This document shows positions 27,818 through 36,066 of a DNA stretch of 64,000 nt, in pieces. The stretch's first letter is position 1, and each line of letters opens with the position of its first letter. Source of the DNA: an uncultured Bdellovibrionales bacterium. Its GTDB lineage: Bacteria; Patescibacteriota; Minisyncoccia; Moranbacterales; UBA1568. The notes beneath the pieces are model-generated. The model was given only the letters and a program-made list of their open reading frames with translations, ran no database searches and was not told the origin of the DNA. Where the stretch lies: the NCBI GenBank assembly GCA_964451495.1, contig CAYVHS010000001.1, positions 69,358-133,357 of the forward strand. Direction: 5' to 3'. The position numbers and the translations under genes were made by a program.

Positions 27818-29314
27818 TTAGTACATGATGACCGAGATGGGCTGCATTTTGGCGACGGGCTTCACGATATTGTTTTCCGTGACGCTCGCGATGACATCGT
27901 CGGCGCGTTTGTAGTGTGATGAGTCCTGCTCGATCACTTTGGATGAGCGGCCGTTGTAGAGCTTCACGCCTTTCTGCTCGAGCTTCTTGTCGAGCTCGGC
28001 TTTGTTTTCTGGGATGACGTCTTCTGTCTTTTTGGCAGCCTTGCCCGCGCCATGATTGCAGGAGAAGAATGTGGAATCGTTGCCATCGGTACCGACGCAG
28101 AGGTAGGCCTCTGTGCTCATTGAAGTCGGGATGAATGCGGGTTCACCGGTTTCTTTGAAAATCGGATGGTCACTCATGCGGGATGGTCCGTAGGCGCGAC
28201 TGGTACCGTTACGATGCACCCAGAGATTCTTGCCATAGTGCTCTTCCTGGCTCACAAGGATATGAGGCATGTCATAGAGGAGTTCTAGGCCGATATCGCG
28301 TCCGAGGACGCTTTGGGCAGTCTGGGCGACGTTGTGAGCGATGACAGCACGATTGGCATGTGCGAAATGGGAGCAGGCGTTGCGAGCGGCCATATAGAGT
28401 TCGCCGTCTTCGCCCTCGCCATCGAATGTGATAAGTGGTTCTTTTTTACCGAAATCGGATTCGCGGATCTTGCGGGCAATAGTCGCGACGATGTTTTTGT
28501 ATGGTGTCGACCAGAAGAAACGACCGATATTCATGAGGATAGCTGTCGAAAGATGTTCGCGCTTTTTGGCAGTGTACATGTACATCGTGTACTGGCCTAG
28601 GATACCAGAGCCACAGTGAATCATGAAAAGGTAGTCGCCTTTTTTCACGCCGAGCTTTTGTGCGGTTACGTCATCGATGGTCTCCGTCACTTTCATGAGA
28701 TCGAGGAAGTGATTGCCAGCGGCCCCGAGGATGCCGGAACGAAACTGTGCAAAAAAGAGGAAGAGTCTCGGAATGATGTGGAGAATTTCTCGGCGTGATT
28801 TTTTTTCGCTAAAAAAGTTGCCACGGTCAAGAGAATTTTCGGCTTCGTATTTTGTTTTGATACCGAGGTAGTCGATGAGTGGGGCGATGCCTTTTCTGGC
28901 GATATCGACGATGACACGGAAGGGGAGGAACGTGCCGACGTAGGCTTTGGTAGGAACGGTGTCAACAAGTGCTTCGAAAAGCCTGTTCAGTTCTTCGGGC
29001 GTGATGTTGTTTTCGTTTAAATTGGTACGGACGAGACGCATGCCACAAGCTGGGTCGCTATCGTTTAGCTGCGGCAGGATGTATTTCTCAGATGTCACAG
29101 TCGTGCCAGTAGCGTTTTTGCGACCGGGTTTACTATGGACATCGGCCATGGCCGCGATGTGATGGAAGCAGCCGTCATTTGAAGCGACGCTTTCAAGTTG
29201 TGTGAGAGTTGATGCTTCAGGAAGGAGTGCTTCTTGTACATGGAAAACGACCGGGATTTTCATCTTATCAGTCTTCATTTCGTGGCGGAAAGCCGAGATT
29301 TTTTGTATATTCAT
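27818..29314 (-). CDS. Divergent RtcB-family ligase
   Basis: MADVH, DPACGM, GNHFLD, IHCGS, YDMPH, WVHRNG, IPTSM, HGAGK and HYK occur in the RtcB motif order. Confidence 0.88.
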   Translation of the reverse strand: MNIQKISAFRHEMKTDKMKIPVVFHVQEALLPEASTLTQLESVASNDGCFHHIAAMADVHSKPGRKNATGTTVTSEKYILPQLNDSDPACGMRLVRTNLNENNITPEELNRLFEALVDTVPTKAYVGTFLPFRVIVDIARKGIAPLIDYLGIKTKYEAENSLDRGNFFSEKKSRREILHIIPRLFLFFAQFRSGILGAAGNHFLDLMKVTETIDDVTAQKLGVKKGDYLFMIHCGSGILGQYTMYMYTAKKREHLSTAILMNIGRFFWSTPYKNIVATIARKIRESDFGKKEPLITFDGEGEDGELYMAARNACSHFAHANRAVIAHNVAQTAQSVLGRDIGLELLYDMPHILVSQEEHYGKNLWVHRNGTSRAYGPSRMSDHPIFKETGEPAFIPTSMSTEAYLCVGTDGNDSTFFSCNHGAGKAAKKTEDVIPENKAELDKKLEQKGVKLYNGRSSKVIEQDSSHYKRADDVIASVTENNIVKPVAKMQPISVIMY

Positions 29315-29391
29315 CGTGGTATAGAATTATGCGGGTATCTTTCGTATAGGAATATGCTAGCATGCCAGAAGTATTTTTTGAAGCACGCATT

Positions 29392-30510
29392 TTAGAGCGA
29401 GGCATAGATATCCTCGTACTGCTTGGCGGTATTTTTGAGGTCGAAGTGATCTTTGACGAAGCGGCGAGCATTGCTTCCTAGACGCTCACACTCCTCTGGA
29501 ACATCGTGCAAAGAGACGATATTTCTAATTAGATCTTCGCCTGAATCTTTCGGTACCATCACGCAGATATCGGGATTCGAGAATTCACCGAACTGCGGAA
29601 GTGTCGAGAGTATGACTGGCTTGCTACAAGCGTAGGCTTCGATGATGATGAGCGGGACATCGAATTTCCCATTGAGATTAGCGACTGGAAAGATGACCAG
29701 GTCAGAAGTATTATAGAGACTCGGCATATCGGTGATGGTATCGGAAAATGAAACATACTGCGATATTCCGGCATCAGCAAATCGCCTTACCACATTTTGT
29801 TTTTTCTTGGCATCAGCCTCGTTTTTTACGCGGCAGGCGAAAACAAAACGGATGTTGGTCTCAGGATTTTTCTGGAAAAAATCGATGAAAGTGTCGGTGA
29901 GCATATCAGTCGCTCCGAGGCGGACATATTCGCCTGGATAGATGACGATGAAATGCTCTTTGGAAAATCCGAGCTGTTCGATGATTTGATTATTTTTCGG
30001 TTGCGGAGAATAGCGGTCGAGATCGATGCCTGGATAAATACGAGTGACATTGAACAACCCCAATCGTTCGAGTTTTTTCTTGGAGCGATCGGTATAAACG
30101 ACGAGATGATCGGCGAAGAGGAGTTTTTTGATTTCATTTGGAGAATAGAGGTCGTCACGGAGGGTTGCTACCGTCTGAATAGTTTTACCAGATGGTTTGG
30201 CGAACCATTTAATGAGAGAGGTGTTCTGCTTGGTCGGAGTAAAGAGGTAGTGAGTGATATCAAACGTATCGCGAACTTTGCGCAGATAGGAAAAAAGTTC
30301 GAATTTTGTTTTGAGAGCGAAATGCCCCGACGAGAAAATTGGTTCTTCGCGAACGCTTGTTGGGAGGTCAGCAAGTTTTTCTCGAGTGGTGAGGAGTGTC
30401 AGTGTGTGGCCCGAGACTTCCTTGCCGAGAAAGTAGGCGAAGTTTTTGGAGGCTTCGTCCCAGGGAGGAGCGAGTGGTCGAGTGGCGAGAAGAACGGTTT
30501 TATGGGACAT
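29392..30510 (-). CDS. GT4 family glycosyltransferase
   Basis: IYPGID, PLIIIEAYACSKPVI, LGSNARRFV..F. Confidence 0.88.
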   Translation of the reverse strand: MSHKTVLLATRPLAPPWDEASKNFAYFLGKEVSGHTLTLLTTREKLADLPTSVREEPIFSSGHFALKTKFELFSYLRKVRDTFDITHYLFTPTKQNTSLIKWFAKPSGKTIQTVATLRDDLYSPNEIKKLLFADHLVVYTDRSKKKLERLGLFNVTRIYPGIDLDRYSPQPKNNQIIEQLGFSKEHFIVIYPGEYVRLGATDMLTDTFIDFFQKNPETNIRFVFACRVKNEADAKKKQNVVRRFADAGISQYVSFSDTITDMPSLYNTSDLVIFPVANLNGKFDVPLIIIEAYACSKPVILSTLPQFGEFSNPDICVMVPKDSGEDLIRNIVSLHDVPEECERLGSNARRFVKDHFDLKNTAKQYEDIYASL

Positions 30511-30512
30511 AA

Positions 30513-30620
30513 AATTTTTAATTTCAAATTCTCAATTTCTAAACAATTTCCAATGATTGAATTTCAAAATTAAGAAATTAAAACATTGTTTGAAAATTAT
30601 AAATTGAAAATTGAAAAATT
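30513..30620. repeat. Inverted heptamer-array hairpin (intergenic)
   Basis: Left arm aattttt aatttca aattctc aatttct aaacaat; right arm attgttt gaaaatt ataaatt gaaaatt gaaaaatt. Confidence 0.8.
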
Positions 30621-30622
30621 AT

Positions 30623-30976
30623 TTATCTATATATTTCTTTTTTCTCTATTCCAGTTGTGACGATAATGGTAGTGCGGATATCGGGTGTAGCAGAAATATC
30701 GGGTGTGATTGTGATGCTATTGCCTTTCGTCACGATGAGTGCTTCTTTTATGAGGCTTTGTTTGTCTGCGACAATCTCGTACTCAAAACGATTCGTGTCG
30801 CTGTGGTTGTCGATGGTGAATGTGAGACTAACCGGCTGTCCTGGAGTAGCAAACGAGAGTGTCCACCAGGACTTTCCCTGGTTGGGATCGAGCTCGCTTT
30901 CGTTACGCCAGAAAAGGAAGCAGGTGCTAGCAGCAAAGAGGATGATGAAGATGATAATGAGAGATTTCTGTGTCAT
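30623..30976 (-). CDS. Small membrane-anchored beta-rich protein (possibly DUF1616 C-terminal-like)
   Basis: N-terminal TM, then WWTLSF..LTFTIDNH..FEYEI; 3 nt downstream of 30980..32968. Confidence 0.65.
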   Translation of the reverse strand: MTQKSLIIIFIILFAASTCFLFWRNESELDPNQGKSWWTLSFATPGQPVSLTFTIDNHSDTNRFEYEIVADKQSLIKEALIVTKGNSITITPDISATPDIRTTIIVTTGIEKKEIYR

Positions 30977-30979
30977 AGG

Positions 30980-32968
30980 CTACTGGTTACGGGCATAAAT
31001 ATGGACACCATCATTGGCATAGATGCGAGAGAATTTCTCTGATTTTTCGAATTGGGCGGTATCGAGACTCGGATTGACCATGATGAGGCTGATACCCGTT
31101 TCATCGTAGCATTTTTCTCCTTGTGCTGTATTGGGCACAGAGATCATGAGGAGCGTGCATTGTTCGCGGTTCGGATTGTCCTCGTAGCGCTTGAAGAAGC
31201 CGCGAGAAAAAGGGAAGGAATAATCTCGCATGAAAAAGAGTTTGATCCACGAATCCGCCGTGATGTAGTTGTGATCTTTGAGGACGATGTTCTCTGGGCC
31301 TGCATGGGAAGCGAGGTAGCGTGCGGCATGAAATGTCTCTAGAGCACCGAGTGCTTTGCTTTTGGGAAGTAGAGTCTGGCTGTTGTCGAATGATCCGCTG
31401 CCGATAGAGAAAACAAAGAGCGAAAAAAGAATAGCAGAAAAAAGCAGACTCGGAACAGCGCTCTCGGCGTATGCTTTCCTGAGAAGAGTAATAATACCCA
31501 CAGCGGAAAAAGCGGCGAGTACGCCAAGCGGGAAAGAAAGATAGGCGCCAATACGACTCGATGGGATATCGATGAAGAGGAGGTCAGGACGAAGTGTCAT
31601 GATAAAAAGTATGATGCCCCAGCCGAAGAGAAAAGCATTGGCATAACGGTTACGGAGTCTGGTCGCAATGAGGAGAAGTATGATGCCGGCGAGACCGAGG
31701 GCCACACGTGCCTCGCCATTGGATGAGGAGATTTGTAGGAACGAGAGTCCTGTTCGCGTGGTCTTGGTCGGTGTGCCGAGAGCTGTACCGACGGCACTTG
31801 TCTCGATATACGTCGGCATGGCGACAGCGAAGAAAAATATGATCGCGAAAAGTGTAACGAAGAGTGGACCAGGCGAAAAAAAGAGTGTCATCCAGGAACG
31901 GATGGTGCGAGTAAAATCATCAAAATGAAGTATGAGAAAGGCTAGAGCGGAGGCGATGAGGACAAAGAGGAGTATGAGAGTACTTAAATGATGGATATAA
32001 GCGAGCGTGAAGGTGAGAGAGAAGCCGAGAGCCAAGAATCCGGGGCGTTTCTCCTCAAAAGCACGGTAATAGGCGAGAAGGATGAGCGGTATAAAGAGGT
32101 TACCGAAGGTATTGCCGACGACGCCACCCGAAACAAATTTGGCGTGTGGTGAGGCGAGGGTATAGAGTGGACCAAAGAAAAGGAGTGTCGCGAGCGCAAT
32201 ATTTTGCGGAGTGAATATTTTGGCAGAAAGGAAGCGGGTCTTGATTCCCGAAGCGAGCCGAAGCGCAAGAGTAGCGAGTGCGAGCAGATTGAGTAGATTG
32301 ATACAGAGCAAAAAGACCACTGGAAAAGCAGAAAAGAAATCGATATGGGAAATAATATTGATAGCCGAAAAAGGGAGGTGTTCGCCGATGATAAAATCGG
32401 CTATCGGTTGGGGGGCGCTTACAGAGTAGACTCCATCAGCCCCAGTGATGATTTCTTGCTTGGCATAGATGGGGAGGGTGCCGGTTTCCGAGATGAGCTT
32501 GGACCAGTACAGGTGATGGCCGAGATCGGTCGCTGTCGGGAGGACCGCATGCATCATGTAGATGGTCTTGATGAGGATAGTCAGCGTGATGAGAAGTACA
32601 AAGAGCCAGCTCTGGTGTTTTGAAAAAGGGAACTCTGATACGCTCTCTGAAGCCGTTTCGGTTTTGGCATCGGATAGCTTTTGCTTTTGAAATTTTTGAA
32701 TACTCCAGGTGATACCAGATATGACCGTGATACTTGTGAACAACCCCAAAGAAAGCGAGAGGGGAGAGTAAAGAATACCAGCTTTGCCCAGTGCAATCAT
32801 CAGAAAATCAAGGAGAGCCATACTCATGCCGAAGGAAAAGAGAAATGTCTCAAATGGTAGAAGGGTGCCTTTTTTGCCAAAAAAAGCCCGCAAAAGCAGG
32901 AATCCTGGCACAAAAAAAAGAATGCCAGAGACGAGAAGAAACAAAAGTGGTGCAAAAAAGAGGTGCAT
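30980..32968 (-). CDS. Polytopic membrane protein, probable GT-C glycosyltransferase
   Basis: LFFVPGFLL N-terminal TMs, loop motif TDLGHH, YIHHLS and a C-terminal soluble domain ending IYANDGVHIY. Confidence 0.65.
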   Translation of the reverse strand: MHLFFAPLLFLLVSGILFFVPGFLLLRAFFGKKGTLLPFETFLFSFGMSMALLDFLMIALGKAGILYSPLSLSLGLFTSITVISGITWSIQKFQKQKLSDAKTETASESVSEFPFSKHQSWLFVLLITLTILIKTIYMMHAVLPTATDLGHHLYWSKLISETGTLPIYAKQEIITGADGVYSVSAPQPIADFIIGEHLPFSAINIISHIDFFSAFPVVFLLCINLLNLLALATLALRLASGIKTRFLSAKIFTPQNIALATLLFFGPLYTLASPHAKFVSGGVVGNTFGNLFIPLILLAYYRAFEEKRPGFLALGFSLTFTLAYIHHLSTLILLFVLIASALAFLILHFDDFTRTIRSWMTLFFSPGPLFVTLFAIIFFFAVAMPTYIETSAVGTALGTPTKTTRTGLSFLQISSSNGEARVALGLAGIILLLIATRLRNRYANAFLFGWGIILFIMTLRPDLLFIDIPSSRIGAYLSFPLGVLAAFSAVGIITLLRKAYAESAVPSLLFSAILFSLFVFSIGSGSFDNSQTLLPKSKALGALETFHAARYLASHAGPENIVLKDHNYITADSWIKLFFMRDYSFPFSRGFFKRYEDNPNREQCTLLMISVPNTAQGEKCYDETGISLIMVNPSLDTAQFEKSEKFSRIYANDGVHIYARNQ

Positions 32969-32971
32969 GCT

Positions 32972-34054
32972 TTAATTATGCCTCAAACCGGCTATCTTTT
33001 CCAGCGTATGAGCGTATTGCTTGGCGATGTTATCCCAAGCGTAGTGATCGACAACGTATCGGCGAACCTGTTTTTTGAAGGCTTGCAAGCGTGGCGTATC
33101 GTTTAAAAGTGTAGTAATAAGAGATATATACTGCTCTCTATTTTCTGTTTCGACGAGATAGCCGTTCTCGCCATCCTTGATAGCATCTTTCAGTCCTTCG
33201 AGAGAAGAAGCGATGACAGGGAGTTCGCAAGAGGCGGCTTCAATGACGGAGATACCAAATCCCTCCATGTCGCCCTGTATTTGGATATTTGGCTGGATGA
33301 AGAGGTCGCAGGTATTAAAAAGCGTATCACGGACTTCATCAGTGACGTAGCCGAGTAATTTTACCCGAGATGGGTCATTAATTTCTGCTATGGCCTTGCG
33401 AATATTCTCTCGGTCAGCACCATCGCCAGCAACAACGTAAATGGTATTGTCTGGAAGTTTCGAAACGACGTTACGAATAAACCACGCGACGCCTTTGCGT
33501 TTCGCGAGTCGGCCAGAAGTGAGGAGGACATGCTTGCCAGCGAGAGGGATCTCAAGTATTTTCTCGAGCTCTTCTCGCGTATGGGGAGCGTAGAATTTTT
33601 CGGTGTCGACTCCATTAGGGATGAAGATACATTTTTCTTCGGGAATTCCCCGAGCGACACCAGCTCGGATAGTCTCGTTGCCAACAGCAATCAACGCATC
33701 GAGCGCAGGGAGAAATCGCTTTACCCAGAAATGCTGGTACACAGTACTCGTGAATGTCAGATCGAGACCATGGACGACAGAGACGACCGTCTTATTGTGA
33801 TAGCACTGCTTCACACACCAGCCGAGAATACCGAGTACGCCATCACCGAGGAGGAGTACATCGTATGTCCGTATGAGTGAGAGCGCTCGAAGCGTGGCGT
33901 AGGGCAGGAAAAATGGCAAGAATTTTTTCCCGTAGCGATTAGCAATTGTGGTAGTTTCCGCGTATTTCGGCAGCCACTGCGAAAGCTCGTAGTTTTGGTT
34001 CTCGATACCACCGACTATAGGCGGATACGCCCGTGAGATGAAAAGAATCCGCAT
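32972..34054 (-). CDS. GT4 family glycosyltransferase (PimB-like)
   Basis: YPPIVGGIE, VHGLD, IPNGVD, GRLAKRKG, EGFGISVIEAA. Confidence 0.92.
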   Translation of the reverse strand: MRILFISRAYPPIVGGIENQNYELSQWLPKYAETTTIANRYGKKFLPFFLPYATLRALSLIRTYDVLLLGDGVLGILGWCVKQCYHNKTVVSVVHGLDLTFTSTVYQHFWVKRFLPALDALIAVGNETIRAGVARGIPEEKCIFIPNGVDTEKFYAPHTREELEKILEIPLAGKHVLLTSGRLAKRKGVAWFIRNVVSKLPDNTIYVVAGDGADRENIRKAIAEINDPSRVKLLGYVTDEVRDTLFNTCDLFIQPNIQIQGDMEGFGISVIEAASCELPVIASSLEGLKDAIKDGENGYLVETENREQYISLITTLLNDTPRLQAFKKQVRRYVVDHYAWDNIAKQYAHTLEKIAGLRHN

Positions 34055-34067
34055 AAGAATCGAAGTA

Positions 34068-35021
34068 TTATTTCTTATATCGATCTTTCTTGGCGAGGTA
34101 CATGATGTCTTCAGTCAGGCGGCGGTTGGATTTGATCATGTCGGCGATGAACGCGAAGATGAGGAGTTGGATGCCGATGATGAATGTGACACTCGCAGTG
34201 ATGAGGTAATTCAGATAGGGAGTGACTTTGAAATCATGGGAAAGGTATTGGAAAAGGAAAAGTGCAAAAATAATAATTGAGAGTGTAATCAGGATGAGAC
34301 CAGGGATACCGAAGAACTTCATGGGACGGACATCACGTACAGCTTTTAGAATAATACGGCCGCTGTTGTTCACATAGTTGAAAATACTTTTGACGACGCG
34401 CGACTTGCGACCGGCGAAATAGGTTACCGCCACTGGCACCCAAATGATTTTCAGGTGCTTGCCGATAGCATCGATAATGACTTCCTGCGTGTAGGTGTAG
34501 TCACCGGGAAGGTTCAGACGGAAAAGCGTCTCACGGTTGTAGGCACGGAAACCGCACGTGAGGTCTTTGATATCGACGTTCATGAACCAGCCGATAATCT
34601 TGGCAGCCAGGCGATTGAGTGTATCTTTGATCCAGGGAATATTCTTAGCTTTCAAATGATCAAAGCGGTCTGCACTCACCATATCTGCTTGATTGGCGAG
34701 AATCGGTGCGATGATTTTTTTGATATCTTCGGGATCGAACTGGCCATCGGCATCGATATTGACCATGATATCAGCGCCATTTTCGAGAGCACGTTCGACG
34801 GCATGGCGGAACGTCTTGCCGATGCCACGATTGATGCCATTTGAATATACGAAATCGGCTCCGCCAGCACGAGATTCTTCCAGGGTCCGATCCTCTGATC
34901 CGTCATCAATTACTTGTACGAGTACTTCATCAACACCGTCGATCTGACGCGGAATCCTCTTGATAGTGCTCGCAATCTTTTCTTCTTCGTTGTAGGCGGG
35001 CAAATTGACTATGAGGCGCAT
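34068..35021 (-). CDS. GT2 polyprenyl-phosphate glycosyltransferase (DPM1-like)
   Basis: PAYNEE, IDDGSED, NIDADGQF, DLTCGFRAY and two C-terminal TMs. Confidence 0.9.
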   Translation of the reverse strand: MRLIVNLPAYNEEEKIASTIKRIPRQIDGVDEVLVQVIDDGSEDRTLEESRAGGADFVYSNGINRGIGKTFRHAVERALENGADIMVNIDADGQFDPEDIKKIIAPILANQADMVSADRFDHLKAKNIPWIKDTLNRLAAKIIGWFMNVDIKDLTCGFRAYNRETLFRLNLPGDYTYTQEVIIDAIGKHLKIIWVPVAVTYFAGRKSRVVKSIFNYVNNSGRIILKAVRDVRPMKFFGIPGLILITLSIIIFALFLFQYLSHDFKVTPYLNYLITASVTFIIGIQLLIFAFIADMIKSNRRLTEDIMYLAKKDRYKK

Positions 35022-35028
35022 ATCTGTA

Positions 35029-35072
35029 CATTTTAAATTCTAAATTTCAAATTTTAAAATAAAATCAAAAGT
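35029..35072. repeat. Degenerate heptamer tandem repeat (intergenic)
   Basis: attttaa attctaa atttcaa attttaa; same family as 25842 and 30513. Confidence 0.65.
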
Positions 35073-35308
35073 CATTGTTTTCGGATGAGCAGTTTGGGAT
35101 CGACACATTGGAAATCGCATTTTTCTTTGGCACCATCGATACCGCTTTTGATCAGATCTGCGCGGCACTGGTCGAGCTTTTCTTGGCAGGCTACTTTGCG
35201 TTCACTCCAGTAATGCGTATTGATTTCATATCCGAAGTAGGGCAGAGCGAAATAGGCAATCGTCGCGACGCCAGCCAGCCAGATGACAAGTCTGATAAGA
35301 GAAAACAT
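35072..35308 (-). CDS. Small membrane-anchored protein with four Cys
   Basis: 78 aa; TM followed by C-x6-C...C-x3-C; operonic spacing of 8 nt. Confidence 0.7.
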   Translation of the reverse strand: MFSLIRLVIWLAGVATIAYFALPYFGYEINTHYWSERKVACQEKLDQCRADLIKSGIDGAKEKCDFQCVDPKLLIRKQ

Positions 35309-35316
35309 AATTTCGT

Positions 35317-36054
35317 TTATTTATATTTGTCTCCAATCTTAATAGAATTGAAGGCAAAATCAGCATCTTTTTTGATGCTATGATTTTCAGAAGAAGATAC
35401 GCTTATCTCAATTCTTTTCTCGGGAAAAAATTTAACGTACTTTTTATTTACACAGTCAAAATCGTCCGTGAATTTGAAACAATCAAAAACAACACTATCT
35501 CCTCCTTTCTTCCCCCCAAATACATAAAAAGTGCTTTTGTTTATATCGATAGTCGTATAGGGGTTATCTGGGTACGCCTGAGCATATTCCTGGGGATTTT
35601 TTGAATTTGAGAACTGGCGGTGGTTGTTAGTCTTTACATTGTAGTCAAAATATTTAATGGTCAGTAGTTGATCATGACTCGTTGCAAAGGGGTATGGAGA
35701 TTTAGTAAGGTTAAATTTTTGGTAGCCATTGCCTCCGAAGTCTGTGTAGTCTAATTTCCATTTTAATGGGTATTTCAGAGTAAGGACGGTGTTTCCTTGG
35801 GAGTCGATAACAGAGAGAGTTCGTGTCCAGTAATTATTTAGAGTCCAAATAACTATGGGAAATATAACAATGAGAAGTAGTATAAATCGGTGAGTATGTT
35901 TAGTCTCATGGGTGCGGTGAGTGATTTTCAATACTACATAAATAATACCTAAAACAACTATAGCAACTATAGCAATGAATGGGTCACTTACTAAACTTGC
36001 AAGTCCTACAATCAAACCTTCGAGTAGCCAAAAAAAATAATTGAGCAATGTCAT
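35317..36054 (-). CDS. Hypothetical membrane protein (3 TMs plus an extracellular domain), AT-rich
   Basis: 245 aa, co-oriented with tight spacing; LKYPLKW motif. Confidence 0.7.
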   Translation of the reverse strand: MTLLNYFFWLLEGLIVGLASLVSDPFIAIVAIVVLGIIYVVLKITHRTHETKHTHRFILLLIVIFPIVIWTLNNYWTRTLSVIDSQGNTVLTLKYPLKWKLDYTDFGGNGYQKFNLTKSPYPFATSHDQLLTIKYFDYNVKTNNHRQFSNSKNPQEYAQAYPDNPYTTIDINKSTFYVFGGKKGGDSVVFDCFKFTDDFDCVNKKYVKFFPEKRIEISVSSSENHSIKKDADFAFNSIKIGDKYK

Positions 36055-36066
36055 AGCCTTACTGTT

